Shown here: piece by piece, positions 37,376 to 46,435 of the stretch | Layout of the letters: the number at the start of each line of letters is the position of its first letter | How positions within the stretch are numbered: the first letter of the stretch is position 1 | Assembly (NCBI GenBank): GCA_001002135.1 | Contig: LCLP01000001.1 | Span: 230,274-294,273 of the forward strand | Direction: 5' to 3' | Length of the DNA: 64,000 nucleotides | Origin: Candidatus Pacebacteria bacterium GW2011_GWA1_46_10 | GTDB lineage: Bacteria; Patescibacteriota; Microgenomatia; UBA1400; PJMF01 | Made by a program: the position numbers and the translations under genes | Notes under the pieces: model-generated | What the model was told of the DNA's origin: nothing | Database searches by the model: none | The model's input: only the letters and a program-made list of their open reading frames with translations

Positions 37376-37879
37376 ATGGACAAAAGGACGTTTGGCGCCT
37401 CCTATCTCAAGTACTCAGACGCCATTTTTCGGCATTGTTACTTTCGTGTCTATGACCGAGAGTTGGCCCGCGACCTGACCCAGCAGACTTTTACTCGGGC
37501 TTGGGAATATTTGAGCAAAGGAAAGATAATTAAAAATATGCGGGCTTTTTTGTATCAAACTGCCAGAAACCTAGTGGTCGATTACTTCAGGAGCAAACGG
37601 AGTATTTCACTGGATACTCTGTTGGAAAAAGGTTTTGAGCCCTCGGGTAATGCCGGCCGGGATCCGGAAAAACAGTTAGAAAGTCGGGAGGTTCAATTTT
37701 TATTACTCAAACTGCGCGCGGCTGATCGAGAGGTGATCGTGATGCGTTACATTGATGGCCTGAAACCGCGTGAGATCGCCTCGATCACGAAAGAAAACAC
37801 CAACGTGGTCTCAGTGCGGCTCTATCGCGCGTCGAGAGCATTTCGTAAAGTCTGTGAGGAACACGGCTATGACTCCTGA
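37376..37879 (+). CDS. ECF RNA polymerase sigma factor
   Basis: Region 2 'ARDLTQQTFTRAW…LYQTARNLVVD' and region 4 'REVIVMRYIDGL..REIA…VSVRLYRA'. Confidence 0.92.
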   Translation: MDKRTFGASYLKYSDAIFRHCYFRVYDRELARDLTQQTFTRAWEYLSKGKIIKNMRAFLYQTARNLVVDYFRSKRSISLDTLLEKGFEPSGNAGRDPEKQLESREVQFLLLKLRAADREVIVMRYIDGLKPREIASITKENTNVVSVRLYRASRAFRKVCEEHGYDS

Positions 37880-38495
37880 AGAACAAAAACTCACACAATT
37901 ATTTGGCGCGGCGCGCCAAGTTAAGTTGACCCCAGTGGAAAAATGGTGGCTGAAAACCAAAATCGAGTTTCACCAGTTGGTCCGTTTTGAGATGCCTGCT
38001 CTTTCACTCACCAAGCCAGCGGCAATACTGTTGGCTTCATTTATTTTATTGGCGGCGGCCGGCGTAGTGGTGGCTGCCTCACACACTTCCCCTGGTGACC
38101 TGTTGTACCCACTGAAAGTGGCCAGCGAAAAAGTGAATGACAGTGTGCAGTCTTTTTTTGGTCAAACAGAGGTGGTAGAACAAGAATCAGTTGAGTTCCC
38201 CGATGAACAGCGTGAAGAATCAAGTGAAGAACCGTTGACAGCAGAGCCGGCAGAAACTGACCAGGAATCAGAGTTGGAGACGGCAGGACCCCTTGACCCA
38301 GTTGATTTGCCGGTAGAGAGAGAGGAACTGCCTGACGAGCTGCCCGGGATCAGCGGTGATGACCACCCCACTGGTGATCAGTCGGTGACGGTGGAAACGC
38401 CGGCTGTCAACCCTAATGTTCCTCCCACCCCTGACGGTACGCCGCCGCTCGAGCTCAAGGTCAATGCCAAGGCCCAGTTGGAGCTTGATTTGTAA
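37869..38495 (+). CDS. Putative anti-sigma factor (DUF5667-like)
   Basis: Overlaps the sigma stop. Single TM followed by 'SPGDLLYPLKVASE' and an acidic tail. Confidence 0.7.
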   Translation: MTPEEQKLTQLFGAARQVKLTPVEKWWLKTKIEFHQLVRFEMPALSLTKPAAILLASFILLAAAGVVVAASHTSPGDLLYPLKVASEKVNDSVQSFFGQTEVVEQESVEFPDEQREESSEEPLTAEPAETDQESELETAGPLDPVDLPVEREELPDELPGISGDDHPTGDQSVTVETPAVNPNVPPTPDGTPPLELKVNAKAQLELDL

Positions 38496-38521
38496 ATTGA
38501 CTTCTAGATGGGAGCAGTCAG

Positions 38522-39592
38522 TTACTTGGTCAACTCAATTTTGAAACGCGGCTCGGTTGTTAAGTATCGCTGTTTCCAGCCGTAGCCGATTTGGAGGTAA
38601 TCGATTTTTTTCAGGCCCATAGCAAAGGCTTGATTGATCTCATGGTAGTTAATGAAGTTGCCGATCCCAGGGAAATTTGGGATGTCATTGCCGCCGCGCA
38701 TTGGGTAGACGACACCGTTGTGAAAAGCCAGCATGTCGATGGCGGCGGTTCGACCATTGATGGTGACGGTTTGGAGTTTGGCCTCAAACTGGCTGGAGCC
38801 GGCATGGAGTAGGTTATAAAAAGCGCCCTCAATAAAAGGGTCTTTTTCAACATCGGTTTCCTCACCTTTGTCATGGAAGCGCTTTTTGGTGATGGTGATC
38901 ATCTTTTCAAATTGATCAAAGTCATCAAAGGTGACAACGGGCTGAAGCTCCAGAATCTTGCGGTAATCGCGCCGGAAGTTGTAGCGCTTTTTTTTCGGTA
39001 GCGTAGAAAGGTAGTGGTCCATGGTCATCAGTCTGGTCAAATCAAGGGCAAAATTAGGTAAGTCCTGTTCGAGTTTGATAAACTCCGGCAGCAGGCGAGC
39101 ACTTTTTTGACTAATCCCCTCCAAGACCAACGGTTTAGGGGCAAAATACAGCAAGATTGGCAAGAAGTAGGGATCGGCGGTGAAAAAATTGATGTTTTCC
39201 ATCCAGTCCGAGCCAAACCAAGTATATTTTTTAATCGTGTTTTGGTAAAAGAGCGGCAGACAAGCCAGCAAGTGTGAATTTTTGGTCAAGGTCATGAAGT
39301 ACGGTTGACCACCATAACTCTGATGAAAGGCCAGCCGCACGTCCCACAAATCAAACAGGTTCTCGTTGGGCGACAGTTGTTGCCAGATTTTTTTGCAGGT
39401 TTTAAGATCGGTGACGATACTCAGCCGGAGATTTTTGAGATACTTAGTCAGTCCATTATTATAGTGGCGATGAAGGTTTCTTTTGATGGGAGCCAGGTTA
39501 AGAGATGGACTGTCAGTGAGTAAAGTGAGTCGGTGAGCGGTAATGTTAATATCGATATTGCCCCGGTAGACCGCGGGCAGAATGATATTCAT
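38522..39592 (-). CDS. GNAT-family (CelD/BcsL/FemAB-like) acyltransferase
   Basis: 'YLSTLPKKKRYNFRR', 'PGIGNF…AF..GLKKIDY..G..WK'. Confidence 0.75.
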   Translation of the reverse strand: MNIILPAVYRGNIDINITAHRLTLLTDSPSLNLAPIKRNLHRHYNNGLTKYLKNLRLSIVTDLKTCKKIWQQLSPNENLFDLWDVRLAFHQSYGGQPYFMTLTKNSHLLACLPLFYQNTIKKYTWFGSDWMENINFFTADPYFLPILLYFAPKPLVLEGISQKSARLLPEFIKLEQDLPNFALDLTRLMTMDHYLSTLPKKKRYNFRRDYRKILELQPVVTFDDFDQFEKMITITKKRFHDKGEETDVEKDPFIEGAFYNLLHAGSSQFEAKLQTVTINGRTAAIDMLAFHNGVVYPMRGGNDIPNFPGIGNFINYHEINQAFAMGLKKIDYLQIGYGWKQRYLTTEPRFKIELTK

Positions 39593-39661
39593 TTGGATGA
39601 TTAGTATAGCTTTTATTTCACCAATGCAATACCCATAATTACCAGGGGTGTAAACGATAGA

Positions 39662-40468
39662 TTAGCGGCAAGCGATGACGAGGAAATGAGTGTCTTTTTC
39701 ACCCAATTTAATGGTCTGCGTTTGACCCATCAGCGACTGATCGTTGAAGCTCAAAGTCGTACCCGGATCCAACTCAAAGTTGATTTTTAAACTAAGGGCG
39801 GAGAGGGTAATTAGACCGGAAGGCTGGCTGGCGACAGTGACAGTGAGCGGTGGGAGTTCAGCCTGAACCGTTGCACCATCAGGGATTTCACCCTGAGGGA
39901 TGGTTAGTCCTGGGAGTGAGAGCGGGAGAGATTGATTGACGGTTAAGGAGTCACACCCTTGATTGGTGATCGTGACGGTCACACTGTTAGTTTTGAGAAA
40001 ACTCAATCCGGCGACAACAGCGACTGCGGCCACAGTGATTAAACCAAGTGGTCCTTTGGCGCCATGGAGAATCTTAGTGCCCAGTCGCAACTTGGCTGCC
40101 TTGGGAGTTGAGCCGCTTGATACTTGTTCATCGACCAGTTTCCGGACGCGTTTTACTTCGCTTTTGAATGACTTCCAGGTTGAAAGAAAAGCGAGCAGGG
40201 CTTTTTTGCGTTTCTTTTCTGCTTTGGTTTTTGCTGGTAAAGCCTCCACAGTGAGAGAAATAACGTCGCCTTCATAGATTTGTTCAAGTTTTTTGAGTTG
40301 TTTACCGACTTTGGTGAGCAGTTTGTCCAGTTGAGGATTGAAACCCTCAAGTAGTAGGCGAATTTTTTCGAATTTGGCTACTGAGATGGTCTTGTCAGTC
40401 AATAAATCCCAGGCCGCTTCAAATTTTTGCGAGCTTTTTTTATCAGTCTTTGTCGTCAGTTGAGTCAT
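39662..40468 (-). CDS. Hypothetical single-TM protein
   Basis: Basic helical N-domain, TM, beta-rich C-domain. Confidence 0.65.
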   Translation of the reverse strand: MTQLTTKTDKKSSQKFEAAWDLLTDKTISVAKFEKIRLLLEGFNPQLDKLLTKVGKQLKKLEQIYEGDVISLTVEALPAKTKAEKKRKKALLAFLSTWKSFKSEVKRVRKLVDEQVSSGSTPKAAKLRLGTKILHGAKGPLGLITVAAVAVVAGLSFLKTNSVTVTITNQGCDSLTVNQSLPLSLPGLTIPQGEIPDGATVQAELPPLTVTVASQPSGLITLSALSLKINFELDPGTTLSFNDQSLMGQTQTIKLGEKDTHFLVIACR

Positions 40469-40475
40469 AGTGCAA

Positions 40476-41087
40476 TCATTTTTTGGTGAAAGAAGCTAGC
40501 ACGCCGTCCAGGATTACCGTTTGTTGACTAGTCGGGACCTGACTTGCCTCAATGCTGATATGGCCATACAAGGTAGGTGCATTCCAACCGTATTGGGTGA
40601 GTTGGCACAAACTATAACCGGTAAAAGGACCACTGTTCCAGACCCGTCGAAACCGGTCGTTGCTGTTGGTGGTGATCTCTTGGTAGTAGTCGTAGCGACC
40701 GCTCGGTCCTTCGAGGTCTGGGTCTCCTGGGAAGAGACAGATCGAGCCGCCAAAGCCGCCTTGTAAAATAGTGATGGTGAAAATGTCGCCGCTGATGGTG
40801 ATTTTTTCATCGTCGGTGGTTTGCGATTCACGGCTGAAAGTCCAATCAGCCGGGATCATCACTTCGTAACGGGGAAAAGAGAGAATGCCACCGCCAGTGA
40901 TAAGCTTAGTACTGTCGACGATTGGGCTGGGGGTAGTCACAATTTCTACTGGCTTGCTTCGTACTGCGGAAGTGGTGGAAGCTTGTTGAGAAATGGCGGG
41001 CTGACCGCTGTTGCGACCAACGAAGTAAGCCAGCGCCCCGGCCAGGGAGATGATAACGACTACCAATAAGGCAATCAAGTATTTCAT
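40476..41087 (-). CDS. Hypothetical membrane-anchored extracellular protein
   Basis: Likely start MKYLIALL…, with an N-terminal TM and an S/T linker. Confidence 0.65.
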   Translation of the reverse strand: MKYLIALLVVVIISLAGALAYFVGRNSGQPAISQQASTTSAVRSKPVEIVTTPSPIVDSTKLITGGGILSFPRYEVMIPADWTFSRESQTTDDEKITISGDIFTITILQGGFGGSICLFPGDPDLEGPSGRYDYYQEITTNSNDRFRRVWNSGPFTGYSLCQLTQYGWNAPTLYGHISIEASQVPTSQQTVILDGVLASFTKK

Positions 41088-41145
41088 CAAGAGCATCATA
41101 ACACTTTTGGCAAGCAAACGGGCTCTTTCTGCTATACTCAAAAGC

Positions 41146-41748
41146 ATGCTACATCCGAACTTTGCCATTCTTGGAGCGCTCCTCAACGGGGTTGGCGGCA
41201 CGCTGTATCTCATCGAAACCATCAAAGGCCGGGTGAAACCCAACCGGATGTCGTTTCTGTTGTGGGCGATCGTGCCAATGATTGCTTTCGCAGCTCAGCG
41301 CTCGCAGGGAGTGGGGATTGAGTCGATCATGACCTTTAGTGCGGGGTTTATTCCTTTCATTATTTTCTTGGCTTCGTTTGTCAATAAAAAGGCGGAGTGG
41401 CAACTGACGGCTTTTGATTTATGGTGCGGTTTTTTCTCCGTAGTCGGCATAACCTTATGGTTGACAACCAAAGTGGGTAACATGGCGATTTTCTTTAGTA
41501 TTGTGGCGGATGGCTTGGCGGCTTTGCCCACGGTGGTGAAAGCGTACCAAGCGCCGGAAACGGAAAATGCTTGGTTGTGGCTGACGGGTGTCTTGGGGGT
41601 GATCGTGACGTTGTTGACCTTGGATCGCCCGACCTTTGCCAACTCGGCTTTCATTATTTATATCTTGGTGGTTAACGCGTTGATCTTTTCGCTGGTCTAT
41701 TTTGAGCTTGGAAAGAAATTGAGCGGGGTCGTTGACAAACAGGTCTAG
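41146..41748 (+). CDS. Multi-TM membrane protein (PQ-loop-like)
   Basis: 'Y…TIKGRVKPN…W' and 'ALPTVVKAY..PETE'. TGCTATACT just upstream of ATG 41146. Confidence 0.7.
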   Translation: MLHPNFAILGALLNGVGGTLYLIETIKGRVKPNRMSFLLWAIVPMIAFAAQRSQGVGIESIMTFSAGFIPFIIFLASFVNKKAEWQLTAFDLWCGFFSVVGITLWLTTKVGNMAIFFSIVADGLAALPTVVKAYQAPETENAWLWLTGVLGVIVTLLTLDRPTFANSAFIIYILVVNALIFSLVYFELGKKLSGVVDKQV

Positions 41749-41759
41749 CTTGCTATACT
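41732..41759 (+). promoter_or_regulatory. Consensus sigma70 promoter with no downstream ORF
   Basis: TTGACA-16-TATACT with extended TG. Confidence 0.7.
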
Positions 41760-41764
41760 CAGTG

Positions 41765-41819
41765 TTGTAGACAAAAGGTCTACTTGGCTTTGTTCAAAAC
41801 CCGCTTTGGCGGGTTTTTG
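41765..41819 (+). ncRNA. Candidate ~55-nt small RNA convergent with the NYN gene
   Basis: Promoter, GTAGAC/GTCTAC hairpin, 12-nt linker, and terminator AAAACCCGC-tttg-GCGGGTTTT. Confidence 0.5.
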
Positions 41820-41823
41820 ATTT

Positions 41824-42432
41824 TTAAATTGTTTTTCTCCTCAAATTTAAACGATATTCGAAATCCTCGGCAAAAAGGATATTATTTATTATTCCATTTG
41901 ACTTTGCCTCTATTAATTCTTTGCCAATATGACCTCTTACGCAAAAAGCGTAAACTTCCTTACCCAGTTCATTGTGAATATATTCGAAAACGTATGCCAG
42001 ATCTCCATCGCCGGAAAATATAATTGCCCTATCATAATTATTAGCTTCTTTGATTAAATCAACAGACATCTCTATATCTAAGTTACATTTCTTGGTAAAC
42101 CCAGTGGCGTAATTATTATCGTGGATGTACTTAACCCGTTTGGAAATAATCTCAAATCCGCTATATTGAGCCTGGGCATGAATTGATTCTGACCAATAGG
42201 TTAAGTGAGTAGATGTGTCTTTTGGGCCATAATCAAGACCGTAATAAAACCGGCGCAGAAACTTTTTACCTGCGGAAAGATGTTTGGTCAGTTGTCCCAA
42301 TTTTCTCACTCCAATTGACCAACCAAGGGACTCTTGCCAACGATCAACATTAGCGAAATCAACAAGCACAATATTTCGTTCTTTTGTTTTTGCCAAGTGA
42401 TTTAGAAGATTGCTAATCTCATGTTTTTTCAT
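41824..42432 (-). CDS. NYN-domain (LabA/DUF88, PIN-fold) ribonuclease
   Basis: Acidic tetrad in 'VDFAN', 'KCNLDIEM..D' and 'FSGDGDL'. Confidence 0.9.
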   Translation of the reverse strand: MKKHEISNLLNHLAKTKERNIVLVDFANVDRWQESLGWSIGVRKLGQLTKHLSAGKKFLRRFYYGLDYGPKDTSTHLTYWSESIHAQAQYSGFEIISKRVKYIHDNNYATGFTKKCNLDIEMSVDLIKEANNYDRAIIFSGDGDLAYVFEYIHNELGKEVYAFCVRGHIGKELIEAKSNGIINNILFAEDFEYRLNLRRKTI

Positions 42433-42539
42433 GTTTTTTTCTTAAAAGATGGTTGAGATTGTAATAGGTGAAAATTAAAATTCCAAACGGGAAAGCCCTC
42501 AAGACAATGGTCACCGACTAAAATTAACTTGAAACAAAG

Positions 42540-42566
42540 CTGTAAGAATTGTTATTTCTCATCGTC
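42540..42566 (+). promoter_or_regulatory. Second copy of the putative ECF promoter
   Basis: CTGTAAGAATT-N12-CGTC with the same spacing as 37093. Confidence 0.6.
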
Positions 42567-42577
42567 ATCTAGGTAGT

Positions 42578-42685
42578 ATGAAACATCAACTCACTCCCAT
42601 TCTGTTGTTGATTGTTTCGCCTGTCCTGGCGATGCTCACTACTCTTTCAGCCGGGATAAATCTCTTGGGCAGCGACAGCAACTAA
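42578..42685 (+). CDS. 35-aa hydrophobic peptide (not in the ORF track)
   Basis: MKHQLTPILLLIVSPVLAMLTTLSAGINLLGSDSN*, 11 nt after the ECF -10. Confidence 0.5.
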   Translation: MKHQLTPILLLIVSPVLAMLTTLSAGINLLGSDSN

Positions 42686-42758
42686 TTTTGTTTGGTGTCT
42701 TACAGCTTTCAGGTCTTACCGCTGGTAGACTCGGAATGTTGACAGTAAAAATTGGGAT

Positions 42759-43700
42759 ATGCAAGCAGTTCAAGCAGCTCAATACGGTGAGCCGTCGATT
42801 TTAGAGTTTAAGGAAGATGTTGCTGAACCCACCCCAAAACCGAATCAGGTTTTGGTAACGGTTTACGCGGCGGGACTTAATCCTTTTGATGCGATGGTGC
42901 TGGCTGGTGTTTATCGAGATTCAATGCCGCTGGCACTGCCGTTCACTGTCGGTGGTGACTTGGCTGGGGTAATTACTCAGCTTGGTGAAAAGGTGACTAA
43001 CTTCAAGGTTGGTGATGAGGTTTATGGTTCAGCGATTGCGATTAGTGGCGGTTCTGGCGCCTATGCGCGGTTGGCGACCATGAACGCTGAGAAGACTGCG
43101 CTTAAGCCAGTCAATGTCAACTTTGTCGAAGCAGCAGCCCTGCCAGTGGCTGGCATGACGGCGGTCGAAGCGATTGCCGACCACATCAAACTTCAACCAG
43201 GGCAAAGAATCTTGATCCACGGCGGCGCCGGCGGCGTGGGTCACGTGGCGGTGCAATATGCTAAATCAATTGGGGCGCAGGTTATCACTACTGTGGCGGG
43301 TAGGGATGTGGAATTTGTTAAACGCCTTGGTGCAGATGAAGTAGTTGATTATCAAACTCAACAGTTTGAAGAGATATTTAGCGATTTGGATGCAGTTTTT
43401 GACACCGTGGGTGGTGCAGTTTCAACCAAGTCTTACCAAGTCTTGAAGGCCGGCAGACCTTTGGTGTTAATTGTTTCTCGACCAGATGAAAAACTGGCCC
43501 AACGACACCACGTCAAAGTTATTCGCCAAAGCACTGACACCAGCGCGCCGAAACTACAGCGTTTGGCCCGACTAGTGGAAAAGGGTACTCTCAAGGTTCA
43601 TATCGACCGCACTTTTACTCTTGACCAGACTCGTGCTGCTTTCGACCACTTGGCCACCGGTCACCCACAAGGGAAGGTGGTGATTAAAATTAAGGACTAA
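42759..43700 (+). CDS. NADP-dependent oxidoreductase, MDR/quinone reductase family
   Basis: 'AGLNPFD', 'GGDLAG', 'HGGAGGVG', 'GKVVI'. Confidence 0.9.
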   Translation: MQAVQAAQYGEPSILEFKEDVAEPTPKPNQVLVTVYAAGLNPFDAMVLAGVYRDSMPLALPFTVGGDLAGVITQLGEKVTNFKVGDEVYGSAIAISGGSGAYARLATMNAEKTALKPVNVNFVEAAALPVAGMTAVEAIADHIKLQPGQRILIHGGAGGVGHVAVQYAKSIGAQVITTVAGRDVEFVKRLGADEVVDYQTQQFEEIFSDLDAVFDTVGGAVSTKSYQVLKAGRPLVLIVSRPDEKLAQRHHVKVIRQSTDTSAPKLQRLARLVEKGTLKVHIDRTFTLDQTRAAFDHLATGHPQGKVVIKIKD

Positions 43701-43808
43701 CTTTTATTGACTTGAGTAAAACTCTGATTTATCCCTTTTATTTTTCGCTTGCCAATTTCATTTTCGGTCGTTACGGTAAGTGTTAGTGTCCATGGTGATA
43801 CTAACAAT

Positions 43809-44192
43809 ATGATTACTAAACAAGATTCTCTTCAGCTTCAGTTAGATTTTGGGAAGTTTTTTGCCACTAAACAAGATATCTTTCGTATGCAAAAGCATTT
43901 TGAGCTTGCCTTTGCGACCAAAAAAGATTTTATTGAGCTCAAAAAGGAAAATGTGGGAATAAAAAAAGACCTTCGCGAGATAAAAAGGAGCATTCTTGAA
44001 CTAGAGCAAAAGCTTGACATCTTTACTGCGGAAATAAAAGAAACTATTTACACCGCGCTTGATCAGGTTGTTGGTGTGACCAAGACTATTACTCAAGAGC
44101 ATGCGGCGCTTCACTATCGGGTCAAAGAACATAGTGATCAATTGGCGCTACACGATAAACGTCTTGATAAACTGGAGTCTAAGCCTGTCTAA
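43809..44192 (+). CDS. Coiled-coil protein (paralog of 11020-11421)
   Basis: Shared MITKQDSLQLQ.DF.K.F.TK N-terminus, 'FATKxD' repeats, '…HDKRLDKLE'. Confidence 0.75.
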   Translation: MITKQDSLQLQLDFGKFFATKQDIFRMQKHFELAFATKKDFIELKKENVGIKKDLREIKRSILELEQKLDIFTAEIKETIYTALDQVVGVTKTITQEHAALHYRVKEHSDQLALHDKRLDKLESKPV

Positions 44193-44213
44193 AGTTTTTG
44201 CTATACTGCCCTT

Positions 44214-44675
44214 GTGAAAGCGCTGTTATTTGATTTTTCCCGCACCCTTTTATTCCCCAAGGATATGACTGATACTCGCACGCTGAACCAACAGCATCGG
44301 TTCTTCAGCCAGAGCAAGGAGTATCAGCTATTTGATCACTTTGAACTGAACCAGGAACTGCTGGATTTTCTTCACCAAATCAAGGACAAAGTAGCTCTCT
44401 ATATCTTCACTTCTGGTACCATGATCAGCAGCGCCCCAGAATTACAAGCCCACCTCACGGATTTTAAAAAAATCTATTCCGGCACAGAACTCAACTTGGA
44501 TAAACGCGATCCTATGGCCTATACTTGGGTCGCCGCCGACATTGGCCTCCCGCCAGAGGAAATATTATTTGTGGATGATAGTGAGGGAAATGTAGCAGCG
44601 GCAAGAGAGGCAGGGATGCGAGGGATGCATTATAAAAATAATGAGGAAGTGATAAAAAAAGTTAGCAGGATGTAA
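44214..44675 (+). CDS. HAD-family hydrolase
   Basis: 'LLFDFSRTL', 'K.DP', 'FVDDSEGNV.AA..AG'. Confidence 0.85.
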   Translation: MKALLFDFSRTLLFPKDMTDTRTLNQQHRFFSQSKEYQLFDHFELNQELLDFLHQIKDKVALYIFTSGTMISSAPELQAHLTDFKKIYSGTELNLDKRDPMAYTWVAADIGLPPEEILFVDDSEGNVAAAREAGMRGMHYKNNEEVIKKVSRM

Positions 44676-46435
44676 TGCAAAAAAGAAATTATAAAGGATC
44701 ATTGCGATTGGATTGGATAAACAAAGGCCTTTCACTTTACTACGAAATTGACGAAAAGGAAGGCAAAGGCGTCCGGCCGGTTTGGGTTTCAAAAAACGAC
44801 ATTCGCGTCGCCGAACCGCGCATTTTGCGTTTTGTGAAAGATTATGGCGACAAGACAAGCGACAATATGCTTATCAAAGGCGATAATCTTTTAGTTTTGC
44901 GAAGTTTAGTTGAGATGTTTAAGGGTAGGCCGAACAAAGAGAAAGTGAAATGCATTTATATCGATCCGCCTTTCAATACGGGAAATGCTTTTAAGTATTA
45001 CGACGACAATTTGCAACACTCTGAGTGGCTTACGATGATGCGAGACAGGTTATGGTTGTTAAAGAAAATTTTACGAAAAGGCGGATTCTTAGCCGTTCAT
45101 ATAAACAATGATGAAATGCCGTATTTAAGAGTGATTCTCGACGAAATTTTTAGTCGCGAGGGTTATGTAACGCAGATTTGTTGGGAAAGATCGCAACGCA
45201 CAGCACTTGGACAAGGTGCGAGTTCCATCAATGATACGGTTGAATATGTTCTCATATACACCAACGACCCGCTGGCAAAATTGAATAAATTACAAAAGTT
45301 TTACGAGATTGAGGAAAGAACAATCCGACAATACAGCAAACGTATTGTATCTTTTGGAAAAAGAAAGATTTTTAAAGAGTCAAAAGACAGCGACGGCAAC
45401 CCGATAACTATTTTTGAACTTGAAGAATTTAAAATCAAAAGCGTGTCTATGCGCGACTTTGAGAAACGCTACGTTGAAATTTACAAAGAATTACTAGACA
45501 ATTTTGATTCTGCTGTTCGTTTGTCAAACCAACAAAAGGAAAGCACTTTTCAACAAAAGGTACTTTCTGATTTTAAGGCAAACAAGACTTACGTCGTTGA
45601 GTACATTCCAAAACGAGGTAAAAATAAGGGCAAGAAAACCGAAGTGTTCTATCACGGAAAAGATGTGGTTCTTTTCCTCAAGAATTACGCAAGGAAGGAA
45701 CAGGGTGTTATCTGGAAGTTAGATGATATGAATAATTTCTGGACACGAAAAGAAATTTCTATGGCTGGCGTTGCCTCCGAGGGCAAGGTTGATTTTAGAA
45801 GGAGCAAAAAGCCGGAAAAACTTATTCAAAGGGTGATTGAACTTTGTAGTGGTGAAAACGATTTTGTTTTTGACTCCTTTGCCGGTTCGGGAACTACAGG
45901 GGCAGTAGCTCATAAAATGAATAGGCGTTGGATAATGGTTGAATTTGGGCGTAACGCAGATGAATTGATAATTCCTCGTATGCAAAGAGTGATAACCGGA
46001 AAAGACCAAACAGGAATAAGCAAGGATGTTAATTGGCAAGGCGGTGGTGGCTTCAAATATTACCAACTCGGCGAGAGCGTGATATACGAACAAGATATGA
46101 ATTGGAAGTTAAAAGCCGAGGAAATGGCTGAAGCCGTATTTTTGCATTTTCAATATCGTCCGACCGATGCGAAATGGCTGGAAAAGGAAAGCATGTATCT
46201 TGGCCGGCACCAATCCGCCCGTTACCATTTCGCCATTTCTTTTGCTTCCAGAGAAATAAAAACATTAACGGCAGACTTATACGAAAAGATCGTTGCAGAA
46301 CTTGAAAGGGAAAAATTTAAACACTTAACAATTTTTACCAATGTTGCCGTTTCTGTGCCGCCGGAATCGCTGAATGATCGCGTTCTAGTAAAAAAGATAC
46401 CGGCGGCAATTTTAAGAGAATATAATTTGCTATGA
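44675..46435 (+). CDS. mod: Type III RM DNA methyltransferase
   Basis: 'YIDPPFNTG', 'KKPEKL', 'DSFAGSGTT', 'WQGGGGF'. Coupled to res. Confidence 0.88.
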   Translation: MQKRNYKGSLRLDWINKGLSLYYEIDEKEGKGVRPVWVSKNDIRVAEPRILRFVKDYGDKTSDNMLIKGDNLLVLRSLVEMFKGRPNKEKVKCIYIDPPFNTGNAFKYYDDNLQHSEWLTMMRDRLWLLKKILRKGGFLAVHINNDEMPYLRVILDEIFSREGYVTQICWERSQRTALGQGASSINDTVEYVLIYTNDPLAKLNKLQKFYEIEERTIRQYSKRIVSFGKRKIFKESKDSDGNPITIFELEEFKIKSVSMRDFEKRYVEIYKELLDNFDSAVRLSNQQKESTFQQKVLSDFKANKTYVVEYIPKRGKNKGKKTEVFYHGKDVVLFLKNYARKEQGVIWKLDDMNNFWTRKEISMAGVASEGKVDFRRSKKPEKLIQRVIELCSGENDFVFDSFAGSGTTGAVAHKMNRRWIMVEFGRNADELIIPRMQRVITGKDQTGISKDVNWQGGGGFKYYQLGESVIYEQDMNWKLKAEEMAEAVFLHFQYRPTDAKWLEKESMYLGRHQSARYHFAISFASREIKTLTADLYEKIVAELEREKFKHLTIFTNVAVSVPPESLNDRVLVKKIPAAILREYNLL

